Positions 46,193 to 56,632 of a DNA stretch of 64,000 bases are shown here, piece after piece. The notes below the pieces were generated by a model, which did not search any database, was not told the DNA's origin, and saw nothing but the letters and a program-made list of their open reading frames with translations. The stretch comes from Elusimicrobiota bacterium (lineage in GTDB: Bacteria > Elusimicrobiota > Elusimicrobia > UBA1565 > UBA9628): positions 1,853-65,852 of the forward strand of contig JBIOJO010000013.1 of NCBI GenBank assembly GCA_044450965.1. The letters run 5' to 3'. Every line of letters starts with the position of its first letter. The stretch's first letter is position 1. The position numbers were made by a program, and so were the translations under genes.

Positions 46193-47929
46193 ATGATTGA
46201 ATCCGAAGATATGGGAGCTCCCCGCCCCCACGAGGCGCTGAACGTCCTGCGCGCCCTGGAAGAACTCGCCTCCGCGGACCCGCTGAACGTGCGCGGCGTC
46301 CTGGCCACTTTGTTGACCTTGGACGGCGCTCCGCACGAGCGCTCCGGGGCTCTGGCGCTGTTCTGCGACGACGCGGCGACCGGGGCGGACGGCGCCCGTC
46401 CCTTGGGAACGTTGCCGGAGGACCTGCGCGAGGCGGCCGAGCGCGCGATGACGGAGCAGAAGCCCGTCCTGGCGGAGCTCCGCCTGGACGAGGACGAAGC
46501 CCTGTTCGGCCCCGGAGGGCTGGAGGGGCGCGCGGAGCTGTGGCTGGAGCCGGTGACGGGCGATCTGCGCGAGACGCTGCGGGAGGCGCGGGAAACCCTT
46601 CTGCGGGGCGAGGGCCTGGTCGTCGAGCTTATACTTTCCGGCGACGAGCCGGGCCGGCGCTTCCAGCGCGCCCCGTCCGATCCGGCGGTGCGGGCGTGCT
46701 ACGCCGAAGGCCAGCCGGAATTGGACGAGGAATCGGGCCGCGGAGGCGTGCGGCGGGTTTTCCGCCTTCCGCTGATCCCGATGGGCAAGGCCCTGCTGAT
46801 GGGATCCGGAGAGGACGTCCGCCGCCTGGCCGATCTTCTGGACCGCCTGGGCTTCGTCGTGACGATCTCCGATCACCGCCCGGGCCGGCTGCGCGGCCCC
46901 GACTGGGACCGCGCGCGCTGGCAATTGGTGGAGGGAACCTGGGACGCGGCTCGTTCCGCGGCGCGGCCCGACGCGGACACCTACGTCGTGATCATGACCC
47001 ATAGCCTCTCCGCCGACGGGCGGGCGCTCAAGGGGGCGCTGCAAAGCCCGGCCCGCTACGTCGGCCTGGTCGGCCCGGCCACGCGCGCGGCGAAGCTGCT
47101 CGCCGAACTCAAGGACAAGGGCGTGGAGCCGCGCACCGGCGTGTTCTCCGCCCCCGCGGGTTTGGAAATCGGCTCCGAGACGCCGGAGGAAACGGCTTTG
47201 TCCGTCGCGGCGGAAATATTGGCGGTGCGCTTCGGCCGCAAGGGCGGGCGCCCCGCGCGCCTGCGCCCGTCGGGCTCGTCGCCGTCGGCGCGCATGGGCG
47301 GCGTGAAGATTCCGGGCCTGGTTCTGGCCGCGGGCCGCGGCCGCCGCTTCGGCGGAGGCTCCAAGATGCTGGCCGACGTGGACGGCCGGCCGGTGCTGCG
47401 CCACGCGGTGGAGTCGGCGTTGGGCTCGCGGCTGGATCCGGTGATCGTGGTCCTGGGCGCCGGCGCCGAGGCGGGCCTGAAGGCGATCGAGGGTCTGGAC
47501 GATCCGCGCCTGCGCGTGGTGTTCAATCCGGCGTGGGCGTCGGGCAAGGCCTCGTCGTTCCAGGTGGGCCTGCGCGAGGTTCCGGCGGACGCGCCCGGCG
47601 TGGTGGCGCTGCTGGGCGACATGCCGCGCGTGAAGCCGTGGCTGATCGACCGCGTGGTGTCCGAGTTCGAATTGTCGGGACGCTTCTGCTTTCCGATCTA
47701 TCCCGGCCCCGAGGGCCCCGAGAAGGGCCATCCCACCGCCTATCCGCGCGAGCTGTTCGGCGAGATCGGAAACCTGATCGGCGACGACACCGCGATGGCC
47801 GCGGTGCGGCGGCACTGGTCGGAGGCGGTGAAGATCCCGCTGGACGACGCGAACACGCAGGCCGACATCGACACGGCCCAGGACCTGGAGTTGCTGAAGG
47901 TCAGACCGGAGCAGGGCCGGCTGCTCTAG
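46193..47929 (+). CDS. XdhC/CoxI-family accessory protein fused to a MocA-like molybdenum cofactor cytidylyltransferase
   Basis: XdhC Rossmann KALLMGSGEDVRRL...VIMTHS; C-terminal NTP-transferase GLVLAAGRGRRFGGGSKMLADVDGRPVL. Confidence 0.65.
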   Translation: MIESEDMGAPRPHEALNVLRALEELASADPLNVRGVLATLLTLDGAPHERSGALALFCDDAATGADGARPLGTLPEDLREAAERAMTEQKPVLAELRLDEDEALFGPGGLEGRAELWLEPVTGDLRETLREARETLLRGEGLVVELILSGDEPGRRFQRAPSDPAVRACYAEGQPELDEESGRGGVRRVFRLPLIPMGKALLMGSGEDVRRLADLLDRLGFVVTISDHRPGRLRGPDWDRARWQLVEGTWDAARSAARPDADTYVVIMTHSLSADGRALKGALQSPARYVGLVGPATRAAKLLAELKDKGVEPRTGVFSAPAGLEIGSETPEETALSVAAEILAVRFGRKGGRPARLRPSGSSPSARMGGVKIPGLVLAAGRGRRFGGGSKMLADVDGRPVLRHAVESALGSRLDPVIVVLGAGAEAGLKAIEGLDDPRLRVVFNPAWASGKASSFQVGLREVPADAPGVVALLGDMPRVKPWLIDRVVSEFELSGRFCFPIYPGPEGPEKGHPTAYPRELFGEIGNLIGDDTAMAAVRRHWSEAVKIPLDDANTQADIDTAQDLELLKVRPEQGRLL

Positions 47930-47938
47930 AGCCTTCGG

Positions 47939-48532
47939 CTAGGGCTTGTCGGCGGCCAGCAGGCCGCGCAAGACGTCGAGCTCCGCGTCGTTGTGCCCAT
48001 GACCGCCCTTGAGAGGGGCGTCGTCGTGCGTCACGCCCGACGCGGTCTTCCAGAAACGGAACGGCAGGTGGTGCTCGGCCGCCATCGGCACGGTCTTCAT
48101 GCCCTTGGCGCTCACCTCCAGCTCTCCGCGGCAGATGCAGACCTGGACCTCTCCGCTGGGAACGACCTCGACGAAGAAGTCGGTGCCGCGCACGGCCGCC
48201 ACGGCGGACGGCGTCCGCACGGAGAAACGCAGACCCGGGCGGTGCTTCAGCACGCTGAGCAAAGAACCGAGCGTCAGCCGGAACGAGGACTTTCGCGGGG
48301 TGAAGATCGCGGGGCCGTGCAAAAGGAACCGTCCGCCCTCGATGCCGAGGGTCGCGGTGCCCGTGGCCAGTCGGATCTCGGCGTCCGGAAGCTCGTCGCC
48401 GGCCGTCAACGCGCGGCCGCCGGCGGTGAGCGCTCCGTCGACGGAGATGACGCGGCCCGCGGCGGAGGAGAAGCGTGGAACGGAAACGAGGAGCAGCGCC
48501 GCCAATAAACCGCCGCCGATGAGCTTATTCAT
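47939..48532 (-). CDS. secreted FecR-domain protein (paralog of 5476..6132)
   Basis: Signal peptide; VRTPSAVAAVRGTDFFV FecR core. Confidence 0.5.
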   Translation of the reverse strand: MNKLIGGGLLAALLLVSVPRFSSAAGRVISVDGALTAGGRALTAGDELPDAEIRLATGTATLGIEGGRFLLHGPAIFTPRKSSFRLTLGSLLSVLKHRPGLRFSVRTPSAVAAVRGTDFFVEVVPSGEVQVCICRGELEVSAKGMKTVPMAAEHHLPFRFWKTASGVTHDDAPLKGGHGHNDAELDVLRGLLAADKP

Positions 48533-48594
48533 GGGATTCTCCTGCGCACGCCCATCATAGCAACTGTCTTTGACGACAGTTCGAATGTGAACAA

Positions 48595-49077
48595 CTAAGC
48601 CGCGTACTCGACCGAAACGACGGTCCAGCGTTCGCCGTCCCATTCCAGAACCCCGCCCGTCTTGAGTCCGAACAGGGCCTGTACAAACGGTCCCGACCAA
48701 GGCACGAGGTCGCCGCCTTCCTCGGCCTCGTCTTCTCCGACGATGCGTATGATTCGTTCGGCGCCGTCTTCGCGGCGTAAAATCACGCGCGCGCCGAAGC
48801 GAATATCCTCTTTCGGCGTCGTCGCCACGGGGATGGCGGTCTCCAGTCGGGCGCGGACATAGCGAAGGTCCCGCTCGAGTTCTCTCTTTCGTCGTCGGCG
48901 CGCGGGATCGGGCTGCGCGCCGGAATAGCCCGCCAATTCCGCGACGATATTCTCCTCGGCCGCTTCCAAAAGCCTCGCTCCGCGCGGCGTCACGTAGTTG
49001 GGAAAGGGGGAGAGAGGCTTCTCCGGCGGGTTCTCGTCCGGCTCGGGACCGTCCTCCTTGACGAAGGCGCGGCTCAC
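48595..49077 (-). CDS. GreA/GreB-family C-terminal domain protein (Rnk-like)
   Basis: IRIVGEDEAEEGGDLVPWSGPFVQALFGLKTGGVLEW matches the Gre C-terminal FKBP-like domain. Confidence 0.55.
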   Translation of the reverse strand: MSRAFVKEDGPEPDENPPEKPLSPFPNYVTPRGARLLEAAEENIVAELAGYSGAQPDPARRRRKRELERDLRYVRARLETAIPVATTPKEDIRFGARVILRREDGAERIIRIVGEDEAEEGGDLVPWSGPFVQALFGLKTGGVLEWDGERWTVVSVEYAA

Positions 49078-49081
49078 GGGA

Positions 49082-50386
49082 TCAGCCGCGGGCGGCGATG
49101 CGCGCGCAGGCCTCTTCCACGGTCATGGCCTGCTCGTCGCCGGTCGCCAGCGACTTGACCTGCACCACGCCGCGCGCGGCCTCGTCGGGGCCGATGACGA
49201 CGGCGTAGGCCGCCTTCTTCTGGTCCGCGTACTTGAACTGGTGCTTGAGCTTGCCTCCGCCGGGGAACACGTCCACCGACAGGCCCTTGGAGCGCAGGAC
49301 CGTGGCGACCGCGATGGAGCGGCCGCGCAGCTCGTCGGAGAAAACGGTGACGACGGCGTCCGGCGTCCCGGTGGCCGCGTGCTTGCCCATCTCTTCCAGG
49401 ATCAGCATCAGCCGCTCGAAGCCGATCGAGCCGCCGCAGGCCGGAATGGGCTGGCCCCCGAACTTCTCGGTCAGGCGGTCGTAGCGGCCGCCGCCGCCCA
49501 GAGAACCGGACAGGGAGGGATGGCGGAACTCGAACACCGGTCCGGTGTAGTAGCCCATGCCGCGCATCAGGTTCGGCGTCAGCACGATGTCGGCGTCGGG
49601 CATCACGCTTTTCACCGCGTCGGAAATCTTGGAGAGGTGCGAGAACTCGCCCTTCACCGCCGCGTGCATGTCGGGACCGGCCTCGGTGGACATGATGGAG
49701 CCCGACAGCGTCTTGGCCGCCGCGGCGCCGACCTCGAGCTCCAGCTCCGCCAGCACCTTCGCCGGCTCCACCTTGTCGAGCTTGTCCACGATCACGCAGG
49801 CCGCGCCGCGCTTGTCCGCGGGCACGCCGGCTTTCTCCAGCGCCTGGTCCACGAAGCGGCGGTCGTTGAGGTGGACCTTCACGCCGGTCAGGCCGAACGC
49901 CTTGAACACCGTGAGGATGGCGGTGATCACTTCCACTTCGCCGCCCCAGGAGTCCGCGCCGATGATGTCCACGTCGCACTGGGTGAACTCGCGGTAGCGG
50001 CCCTTCTGCGCGCGCTCCGCGCGCCACACCGGTCCCATGTTGAACGCCTTGAACGGATGCGGCAGCAAGGAGCCGTGCTTGGTGTAGTAGCGCGCCAGCG
50101 GCAAGGTCAGGTCGAAGCGCAGGCCCAGGTCGGCCAGGTCCGTCTTTTCCGCGTGCGCGCGCTCCAGCGCCTCGCCGCGCTTCATGATCTTGAAGATCAG
50201 CTTCTCGTTCTCGTTGCCGCCCTGCCCGACCAGCACCGAGAGGTCCTCCACCGCCGAGGTCGCGACCGGCTGGAAACCGAACGAACGGTAGATCTTCTGG
50301 ATGGTCTCGATCGCGTCGTGGCGCAGGGCGACCTGTTCCGGGAGAAAATCACGGAAGCCCGACGGCGGCGCGGTGGGGATGGACAT
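49082..50386 (-). CDS. hisS: histidine--tRNA ligase
   Basis: Class II motifs; GFRDFLPE, anticodon-binding domain; overall length. Confidence 0.9.
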   Translation of the reverse strand: MSIPTAPPSGFRDFLPEQVALRHDAIETIQKIYRSFGFQPVATSAVEDLSVLVGQGGNENEKLIFKIMKRGEALERAHAEKTDLADLGLRFDLTLPLARYYTKHGSLLPHPFKAFNMGPVWRAERAQKGRYREFTQCDVDIIGADSWGGEVEVITAILTVFKAFGLTGVKVHLNDRRFVDQALEKAGVPADKRGAACVIVDKLDKVEPAKVLAELELEVGAAAAKTLSGSIMSTEAGPDMHAAVKGEFSHLSKISDAVKSVMPDADIVLTPNLMRGMGYYTGPVFEFRHPSLSGSLGGGGRYDRLTEKFGGQPIPACGGSIGFERLMLILEEMGKHAATGTPDAVVTVFSDELRGRSIAVATVLRSKGLSVDVFPGGGKLKHQFKYADQKKAAYAVVIGPDEAARGVVQVKSLATGDEQAMTVEEACARIAARG

Positions 50387-50438
50387 GGCGGAGAGTTTAT
50401 CAAACTCGGGCCCCAACCGAAGCCGGCGGGTGACGTCG

Positions 50439-51950
50439 TTACTGGGTCAGAGGACAGCCGTCGTGGCAGTCGACGACTTGCGACGGCGCGGGCAGGAATT
50501 TCGGCTGCGGCGGAGCCGAAGCGGCGACCGGAGCGCTCGCGGGCGCCGGCCTGGGGATCGCGACGACCGGCGGCAGGGGGGTGTCCGGCGGGAGCGGCGG
50601 CACGGGTTGCGGGGGGCCGCCGACGCCGACCTGGGTCAGGTTGAGCGGAGTCAAGTCGCCGAACCAACTCACGTTCTCCTGCACCATCCGCCACGCGAAC
50701 GGATAGACCCCGGCCTCTTTCGGCGCGATGACCTTGAAGTGGAAAACGTGGGTTTGTCCGGGCTCCACGCGATCGGGTCCGCTCAATTCCACGCGGCTTC
50801 TTCCCCAATAAGCCGCGTCCTCGGGTTCCGCGCCGAGCTTGTAGCCCTCGGCCGCGGTCCAGACGGTGCCGCCGACGTTCTTCATCGTGACGGACGCCGT
50901 GGCGAGCCTGCCGGGGCCGATGTTCTGCGGCGGAGGGGCGACGGCGACGAATTTGGCGTTCGTGCCGAGGGCCGGCTCGTACGCCAGCGCCTCGGCGCCG
51001 AAATTGGTCCGGGTGTACAACTCCGAATAGGCGATCTTGAAGTAGCCCTGCTCGCCCCACCAGGTTCCCCAGCTGTTCTTGACGATGAAGGCCTGGATCG
51101 CATCGTCGTAGCCGACGATCAGGACGTCGTGCGACCCTTCGGCGACGCCGCTCACGTGGGAATAGACGCCGCCGACGTAGGAATAGAAGTCGCTGTAGAC
51201 GTTGAAGATCACGGGAATGGGTCCATAGGAGACGAGAGCCGCCTTGAGCGCGGCGACCGATTTCCCGACGCCGGTGTAGCCGGCGAGGCGCGGCGGGCCG
51301 GACCCGTTCGGGTTGCGACGGCCGCGGAAGGGGCAGGCCGGCGTGGCGAAGGGCTCCGCGTAATCCACGTACGGGAAGGAGGATTCTTCGGGAAGTCCGT
51401 ACCCCATGATGAACTCGGCGACTTGATCCGGATATCCCCCGTCGCACGTGTCCGCGCCGCAGGAGAGGATGGTCTGCGGAGCCAGGATCGGTTCGTCGGC
51501 GAGGCCGCGGAGCATCAGGTAGGTCTCGAAAGCGGAGGTCTCGGCGAACGCGACGCAGCTGCCGCATTGCCCCTGGTCCTTGATCGGAGTCACGTAGTTT
51601 TTGCCGTACCAGTCGCGGTAGTCCAGCTTGTCCCTCGAGCGCGGCACCGCGAAGCGCTGGGTGTGCGGACGGGTCGTCACTTCGCCGCGATCATCGAGGA
51701 CCACCGCCTCGTCCGGGGAATGCGCCCTTCTGTTGCGAATCCGGCCCAGGCGCTTGACGCGCTCGGCCGGGGCCAGACGGTTCATGGACGTCGGTCCGGC
51801 CGTCCATTGCGCCCCGGCCTGCTGAATTGCCGCGTTGATGCTCTCGACCTCGGACGGTTCCGGTTTGGAGGCGACGGCCTCCTCCTCCTGCGCCCGCGCC
51901 GCCGAGGCGATGAAGATCAGCGACGCGACGACGGCGATCTTGAGAACCAT
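50439..51950 (-). CDS. secreted papain-family (C1A) cysteine peptidase with a C-terminal beta domain and Pro-rich tail
   Basis: QGQCGSCVAF catalytic Cys, NSWG..WG oxyanion/Asn-His region; signal peptide. Confidence 0.7.
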   Translation of the reverse strand: MVLKIAVVASLIFIASAARAQEEEAVASKPEPSEVESINAAIQQAGAQWTAGPTSMNRLAPAERVKRLGRIRNRRAHSPDEAVVLDDRGEVTTRPHTQRFAVPRSRDKLDYRDWYGKNYVTPIKDQGQCGSCVAFAETSAFETYLMLRGLADEPILAPQTILSCGADTCDGGYPDQVAEFIMGYGLPEESSFPYVDYAEPFATPACPFRGRRNPNGSGPPRLAGYTGVGKSVAALKAALVSYGPIPVIFNVYSDFYSYVGGVYSHVSGVAEGSHDVLIVGYDDAIQAFIVKNSWGTWWGEQGYFKIAYSELYTRTNFGAEALAYEPALGTNAKFVAVAPPPQNIGPGRLATASVTMKNVGGTVWTAAEGYKLGAEPEDAAYWGRSRVELSGPDRVEPGQTHVFHFKVIAPKEAGVYPFAWRMVQENVSWFGDLTPLNLTQVGVGGPPQPVPPLPPDTPLPPVVAIPRPAPASAPVAASAPPQPKFLPAPSQVVDCHDGCPLTQ

Positions 51951-52030
51951 CGCACCAGTATAAAGGGTGCGCCTCGGCCGCGCCAGAGGGGAAACCGATT
52001 TTTTACCCACGTTTTATCTAAACTGTCCGA

Positions 52031-55000
52031 GTGAGCGGAACGCTGAAGGTCTTTCACGGCCCCTTCGAGGCTCTCGAAGACGCGCTCGCCGCGCGCGTCG
52101 CCGAACTGCGTCCGAAAGAGGGGGACGCGCCGCTGCTGATCGTCGCGCCGTCGCGCGCGATGGCGGAGCGTCTGGAGCGCCTGCTGTCGGTGGAGAAGGG
52201 CCTGCCGCTGCTCGGCGTCCACTTCCACACGTTTCATTCCCTCGCCGCGGCGATCGTCGAGGAAGGGGGTTTTCCGGACGGCGTGCTGATCTCCGATCCG
52301 TTGTTCCACGACGCCGTCGTGGACCAGGTTCTGGACGAGGCGCCGTCCTTGGGCATCGCCAAGGAGCTGCGGCCCAAGGCCTTGGCGGCGGCCGTGCGTT
52401 CCAGCCTACGCGACCTGGTGGACGCGGGCGTGGACCCCGCCCTGCTGGCGGAGAACTTCGGCGACGAGCTCCTGCGCGAGGACGCGGACGAGCGCGCGCG
52501 CTTCATCGCGCTGCTGTCCCTGTTGGCCGTCTATGAGAAGAAGCTGGCGAAGCTGGGCGTCCTGCCGCCGTCGGCCTTGGTCCGGCGCGCGGCGCTGCTG
52601 GCCCCGGAGTCGAAGTGGCTGGGACGGTTCCGCGAGGTGTTCTACTACGGCTTCTACGATTTGACCGGCCTTCAAGCCGACGCGTTCGAGGCCGTGACCT
52701 CGTCGCGCCCGTCTCGGCTTTATTTTCCTTACCGCAAGGGACACCCCGCGTTCCGCTTCGCCGACGCGTTTTTCGACGTCAAACTGGCGGGACGCGAGCC
52801 GGTCGACGTGTCTCGCCCGGGCGGGCCGGGAACCGCTCTGGGGCCGGCGCTCGATGCGCTGTTCGATCCGGCGGGGCTCCCATCGAAGGTCGACTCGGAG
52901 ATGATACGCGTCGTCTCGGCTTCCGGCGCGCGCGACGAGGCCTGGGCCTCCGCCAAGGAGGCTTACCGCCTGATCGAAGACGGCGTGCCGTGCGGGGAGA
53001 TCGCGGTGATCGCGCGCCAACTGGAGCCGTACCGCGCCGCGCTGACCGAGGCCTTCGCCGCGGAGGGCCTGCCTCTCGATCTGTCGGCGGGCGAGCCCAT
53101 CCTGCGCCACCCGCTGGCCAAGGCCGCGCTGGACCTGCTGACCCTGCGCCGCCGCGATTTCCCGGCGCGCGCGGTCGAGGACCTGGCCGCGTCGCCGTAC
53201 TTCGAATCGGCGGATCCCGGGCGCGTGGCGCTGTGGCGGAAGCTGATCGCCGCGCTGGGCGTCCGCGCGGGCTGGCTGCAGTGGCGCGGGAAGCTGGAGC
53301 CGCGCGCGCGCGGCCCCGTGGAGCTGTATCCGCACCGCGTCCGCGAGGGCCTGGCCGGCTTCGCCGTCCCGGCGGCGGACGTGGCCGCGCTGTGGGATTT
53401 CCTGGCGGGCGTGCGCGACGGTTTGGGCGGCCCGGCGGCGCCCTGGTCGAAGCGCGTCGAGGAGGCCCGGGCCCTTCTGGCAGCGCATCTGGGATTTCCC
53501 AAGGATCCGTCGCCGGCGGAGGCCGACGCCCGCCGGGCGGTCGCCGACGCCCTGACGGAGCTGGAGGCCTTCGACCGGCTGGGCGCCGCCGCGTCGTGGG
53601 AGGATTTCCTGGACGCGTTCGAGGCGAAGCTGACGCGCGCGACGCGCTCCGTCGGCGCCGGAGAGGGCGGCGTGCGCGCGCTGGACGCCATGGACGCGCG
53701 CGGACATCGCTTCCGCGCGACCATCGTCATGGGCCTCAAGGAAAAGCTGTTCCCGCGTCAGATCCAGGAGGATCCCATCCTACGCGAGGGCGCGCGCGCC
53801 GCGTTGCGCCACCCCGCCGGCTACTGGATCGGACGCAAGGCCGCGGGCCACGAGGAAGAGAGGCTTTTGTTCTATCTGACCGTCGCCTCCGCGCGCGAGC
53901 GCCTCACCTTGATCTATCCGCGCTCCGACGAGAACGGCCGCGCCGACGTCCCGTCCACTTATCTCCGCGAGCTGTGCCGGGCCGCGGGCCTGCCCGCGCC
54001 CGGAGAGGACGACGCCTGGCGCGTTCCGCGTCCGCCGGCGGAGCGCCTGCGCGCGACGCCGGCCGCGCGGCGCACCCCCGCGGAGGCGGTCCTGCTCTGC
54101 GCGCTGGAGGGGGGCGATCCGCCCGCGGCTTTGGACGCCGGAGGCGCCCTGGCCGAAGGCTTCCGCCTGGCCGCGGCGCTCAACGCGCGCGGAGGCCCGG
54201 GACCGCACGACGGGCAGGTCCCTCCGCCCGCGGCCGCCCTCGCCGCCTGGAGGAAGTCCGGCCTGTCCCCGACGGCATTGGACGAATACGCGAAATGTCC
54301 TTTTAAATTTTTTGCGTCGCGTGTCCTGGGCCTCTCCGATCGCGAGGAAGGAACCGAACGGGGGGAATTGTCGTCCGCCGCGCGCGGGCAGGTCTATCAT
54401 GGCGTGCTGGAGAGGTTCTACCGGACATTGCCTGAGGCGGTCTGGGTGGGACGGGGCGACGCCCCCGGCCACCTTAATGCGGTGTTGGCCGAGGCGTTTG
54501 CCGAGAACGATTGGCGGGTGCTGGGGCTGTATCCGTTGCTGTGGGAGGCGGCGCGACTGGAAATGAGCGCGCACCTGCACGCGTTTGTCGCGTGGGATCT
54601 GGCGCGTTTGCGCGCCGGCTCTTTCCGGCCGCGTCTGTTTGAGGCGAAGTTGAAGGGTGAGCCGGAAGGGGGTGCGCCCGCGGGTATTCCCTGGCGCGGC
54701 ATCGTGGACCGCGTGGACGCCGACGAGGCCGGCGTGAGGTTTCGTGTCGTCGACTACAAGACACGCAAGAGCGCCAGTTGGAGCAAGAATCTGTCTAGGA
54801 AAATCGCCGAAGGCGAGTCTCATCAGATCCCGTTTTACGCGGTTCTGGCAGCGGGAGCGCTGGGCAACGGTTGGGAATTCGCCGGCGGCGAGTTGCTCTT
54901 CCTGGAGGCGGACGAAGACGCGCATGCGTCCGGGCTGACGTCCGAGGATTGGGCGAAGGCGCGTGAGCCGTTTCTACGCACATTGGCGGTGAAGGTGGAG

Positions 55001-55132
55001 GCCATCGGTCGCGGGAGATTCCCGATCCGGCCAATGGACGGCGAGGGAGGTCACTGCTCCTGGTGCGACTTCCCGACCTTGTGCCGCAAATCGCACGGCC
55101 CTTCGCGGGCCCGAGCCGCCGTCGCCGCCTAG
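52031..55132 (+). CDS. addB: AddB-type helicase-nuclease subunit (inactive helicase fold + PD-(D/E)XK nuclease with an Fe-S cluster)
   Basis: C-terminal VVDYKT nuclease motif and Cys cluster ...HCSWCDFPTLC; no Walker A at the N-terminus. Confidence 0.7.
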   Translation: MSGTLKVFHGPFEALEDALAARVAELRPKEGDAPLLIVAPSRAMAERLERLLSVEKGLPLLGVHFHTFHSLAAAIVEEGGFPDGVLISDPLFHDAVVDQVLDEAPSLGIAKELRPKALAAAVRSSLRDLVDAGVDPALLAENFGDELLREDADERARFIALLSLLAVYEKKLAKLGVLPPSALVRRAALLAPESKWLGRFREVFYYGFYDLTGLQADAFEAVTSSRPSRLYFPYRKGHPAFRFADAFFDVKLAGREPVDVSRPGGPGTALGPALDALFDPAGLPSKVDSEMIRVVSASGARDEAWASAKEAYRLIEDGVPCGEIAVIARQLEPYRAALTEAFAAEGLPLDLSAGEPILRHPLAKAALDLLTLRRRDFPARAVEDLAASPYFESADPGRVALWRKLIAALGVRAGWLQWRGKLEPRARGPVELYPHRVREGLAGFAVPAADVAALWDFLAGVRDGLGGPAAPWSKRVEEARALLAAHLGFPKDPSPAEADARRAVADALTELEAFDRLGAAASWEDFLDAFEAKLTRATRSVGAGEGGVRALDAMDARGHRFRATIVMGLKEKLFPRQIQEDPILREGARAALRHPAGYWIGRKAAGHEEERLLFYLTVASARERLTLIYPRSDENGRADVPSTYLRELCRAAGLPAPGEDDAWRVPRPPAERLRATPAARRTPAEAVLLCALEGGDPPAALDAGGALAEGFRLAAALNARGGPGPHDGQVPPPAAALAAWRKSGLSPTALDEYAKCPFKFFASRVLGLSDREEGTERGELSSAARGQVYHGVLERFYRTLPEAVWVGRGDAPGHLNAVLAEAFAENDWRVLGLYPLLWEAARLEMSAHLHAFVAWDLARLRAGSFRPRLFEAKLKGEPEGGAPAGIPWRGIVDRVDADEAGVRFRVVDYKTRKSASWSKNLSRKIAEGESHQIPFYAVLAAGALGNGWEFAGGELLFLEADEDAHASGLTSEDWAKAREPFLRTLAVKVEAIGRGRFPIRPMDGEGGHCSWCDFPTLCRKSHGPSRARAAVAA

Positions 55133-56625
55133 GCGGCGGCCAAGGTGAAGGAGAAGCGCGAGCCCTTCCCGGGCCGGCTGTCCAGCTCCAGCTCGCTGCC
55201 GTGCGCTTCGAGGATCATCCGCGAGAGCGCCAAGCCGACGCCGAAGCCCTTCGCCGTGCGCTTGCCCTGCTCGGTGCGGTAGTAGCCGGAAAAGATCTTC
55301 TCGCGGTCCTCGGGCGCGATGCCGATGCCCGTGTCCTTCACGAAAACCTCCACGCGTCCGTCGGCGCGCCGCAGCGCGCCCAAGCTCACCGCGCCGTTTT
55401 CCGGCGTGTACTTGAACGCGTTCGTCAGCAGGTTCGCCACGACCAGCGGGAGCGCGTCCGGATCGCCGGAAACCGCGGGCAGGCCCGGCGCCACGTCCAG
55501 CGTGACGGTCAGCTTCTTGCGCCGGGCGATCACCTGCAGGCGCTCGAGAGACTGGCTCAGCAGGGGGGCCAGCTCCACGCGCTGGGACTCCAGGTTGAAT
55601 TTCCCCGACTCCAACCGGCCCAGGTTCAGCAGGTTGGTGGCCATGGCCGACAGGGCGCTGACGTTGGCGTCCAGCATCTCGTGCCAGGGAGCGTCGGCGG
55701 GGGACTTGTCGTTCTCCATCAGCAGGACGTGCGCGGTATGGATGACGGTGAGGGCGTTGTTGAACTCGTGGCTGACGCCGGAGACCAACTGCGACTTCAG
55801 CCGGTTGGTCTCGCGCTCGCGCTCGAACTGGGCGTTGAGCTTGCCGGCCATGGCCCGCATCGTCTCAATAAGGTCGTGAAGCTCCCGAGGGGCGTCCCGG
55901 TCGTCCTGAAGAGTCCAAATCTCTCCCAGTTTCCACGCGCCCGCCTGCGCGCGCAGGCGCAGGAGCGGATTGACCAAGATGCGCGCGACCATGGCCGACA
56001 GCGTCAGCGCGCCGAAGACGCCGAAGATCAGGATGAATCCGAACGTGGCGAAGGCGGCGGATCGGGCGGCGCGGCGCTGGGCGTCCATGCGCTGGAAGCC
56101 GATGCGGCCGATGCGCGCCATCCTCTCCACCAGGGAGTCCACGTCGTCCTTCATCAGCGCCTTCTCGACGGCCTCGGCGCGGTTCATGTTCCCGCGCTGC
56201 GCCCGCTCCAAAATCTTGTTCTCCGATTCGATGTATTGATCGAACTGCTCCCCGATTTGGCTCCATTCCTTGAGCTCCAGCGGGTTCTTCAGGCGGGAGG
56301 CGAGCCGGCGATGGTTGGCGCGGAACTCCGCGATCGCGGCGCGGCGGCGGGCCAGCCAGTCGGGCTTGTGCGTCAGCAGGTAATCCGCCGCGTCGATGTC
56401 GATCTTGTGCACCAGGGCGCGCTGGGCCGGCAGATCGGCCAGGAAAGAGAGCTCCTCGGCGAACCCGGCCTCCAGGCGGTCCTCCTCGCGGCTGCTGGTC
56501 AGGTAGGCCACGGTGGAGAGCCCCGTGAAAACGCATAGGGCGGTGGCCAGCAAAGCGGTCAGGCGCGCGCGGAGGGTCCAGGTCTTCACGACGGTATACT
56601 GCGATTTAAGCCCTTGTCCCCGCAA
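55129..56625 (-). CDS. sensor histidine kinase (2 TM, HAMP, HisKA, HATPase_c), no cognate regulator nearby
   Basis: H-box SHEFNNALTVI, N/G1/G2 boxes LLTNAFKYT, DTGIGI, GFGVGLALS; TTG start per track. Confidence 0.8.
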   Translation of the reverse strand: MRGQGLKSQYTVVKTWTLRARLTALLATALCVFTGLSTVAYLTSSREEDRLEAGFAEELSFLADLPAQRALVHKIDIDAADYLLTHKPDWLARRRAAIAEFRANHRRLASRLKNPLELKEWSQIGEQFDQYIESENKILERAQRGNMNRAEAVEKALMKDDVDSLVERMARIGRIGFQRMDAQRRAARSAAFATFGFILIFGVFGALTLSAMVARILVNPLLRLRAQAGAWKLGEIWTLQDDRDAPRELHDLIETMRAMAGKLNAQFERERETNRLKSQLVSGVSHEFNNALTVIHTAHVLLMENDKSPADAPWHEMLDANVSALSAMATNLLNLGRLESGKFNLESQRVELAPLLSQSLERLQVIARRKKLTVTLDVAPGLPAVSGDPDALPLVVANLLTNAFKYTPENGAVSLGALRRADGRVEVFVKDTGIGIAPEDREKIFSGYYRTEQGKRTAKGFGVGLALSRMILEAHGSELELDSRPGKGSRFSFTLAAA

Positions 56626-56632
56626 CGTCGAG

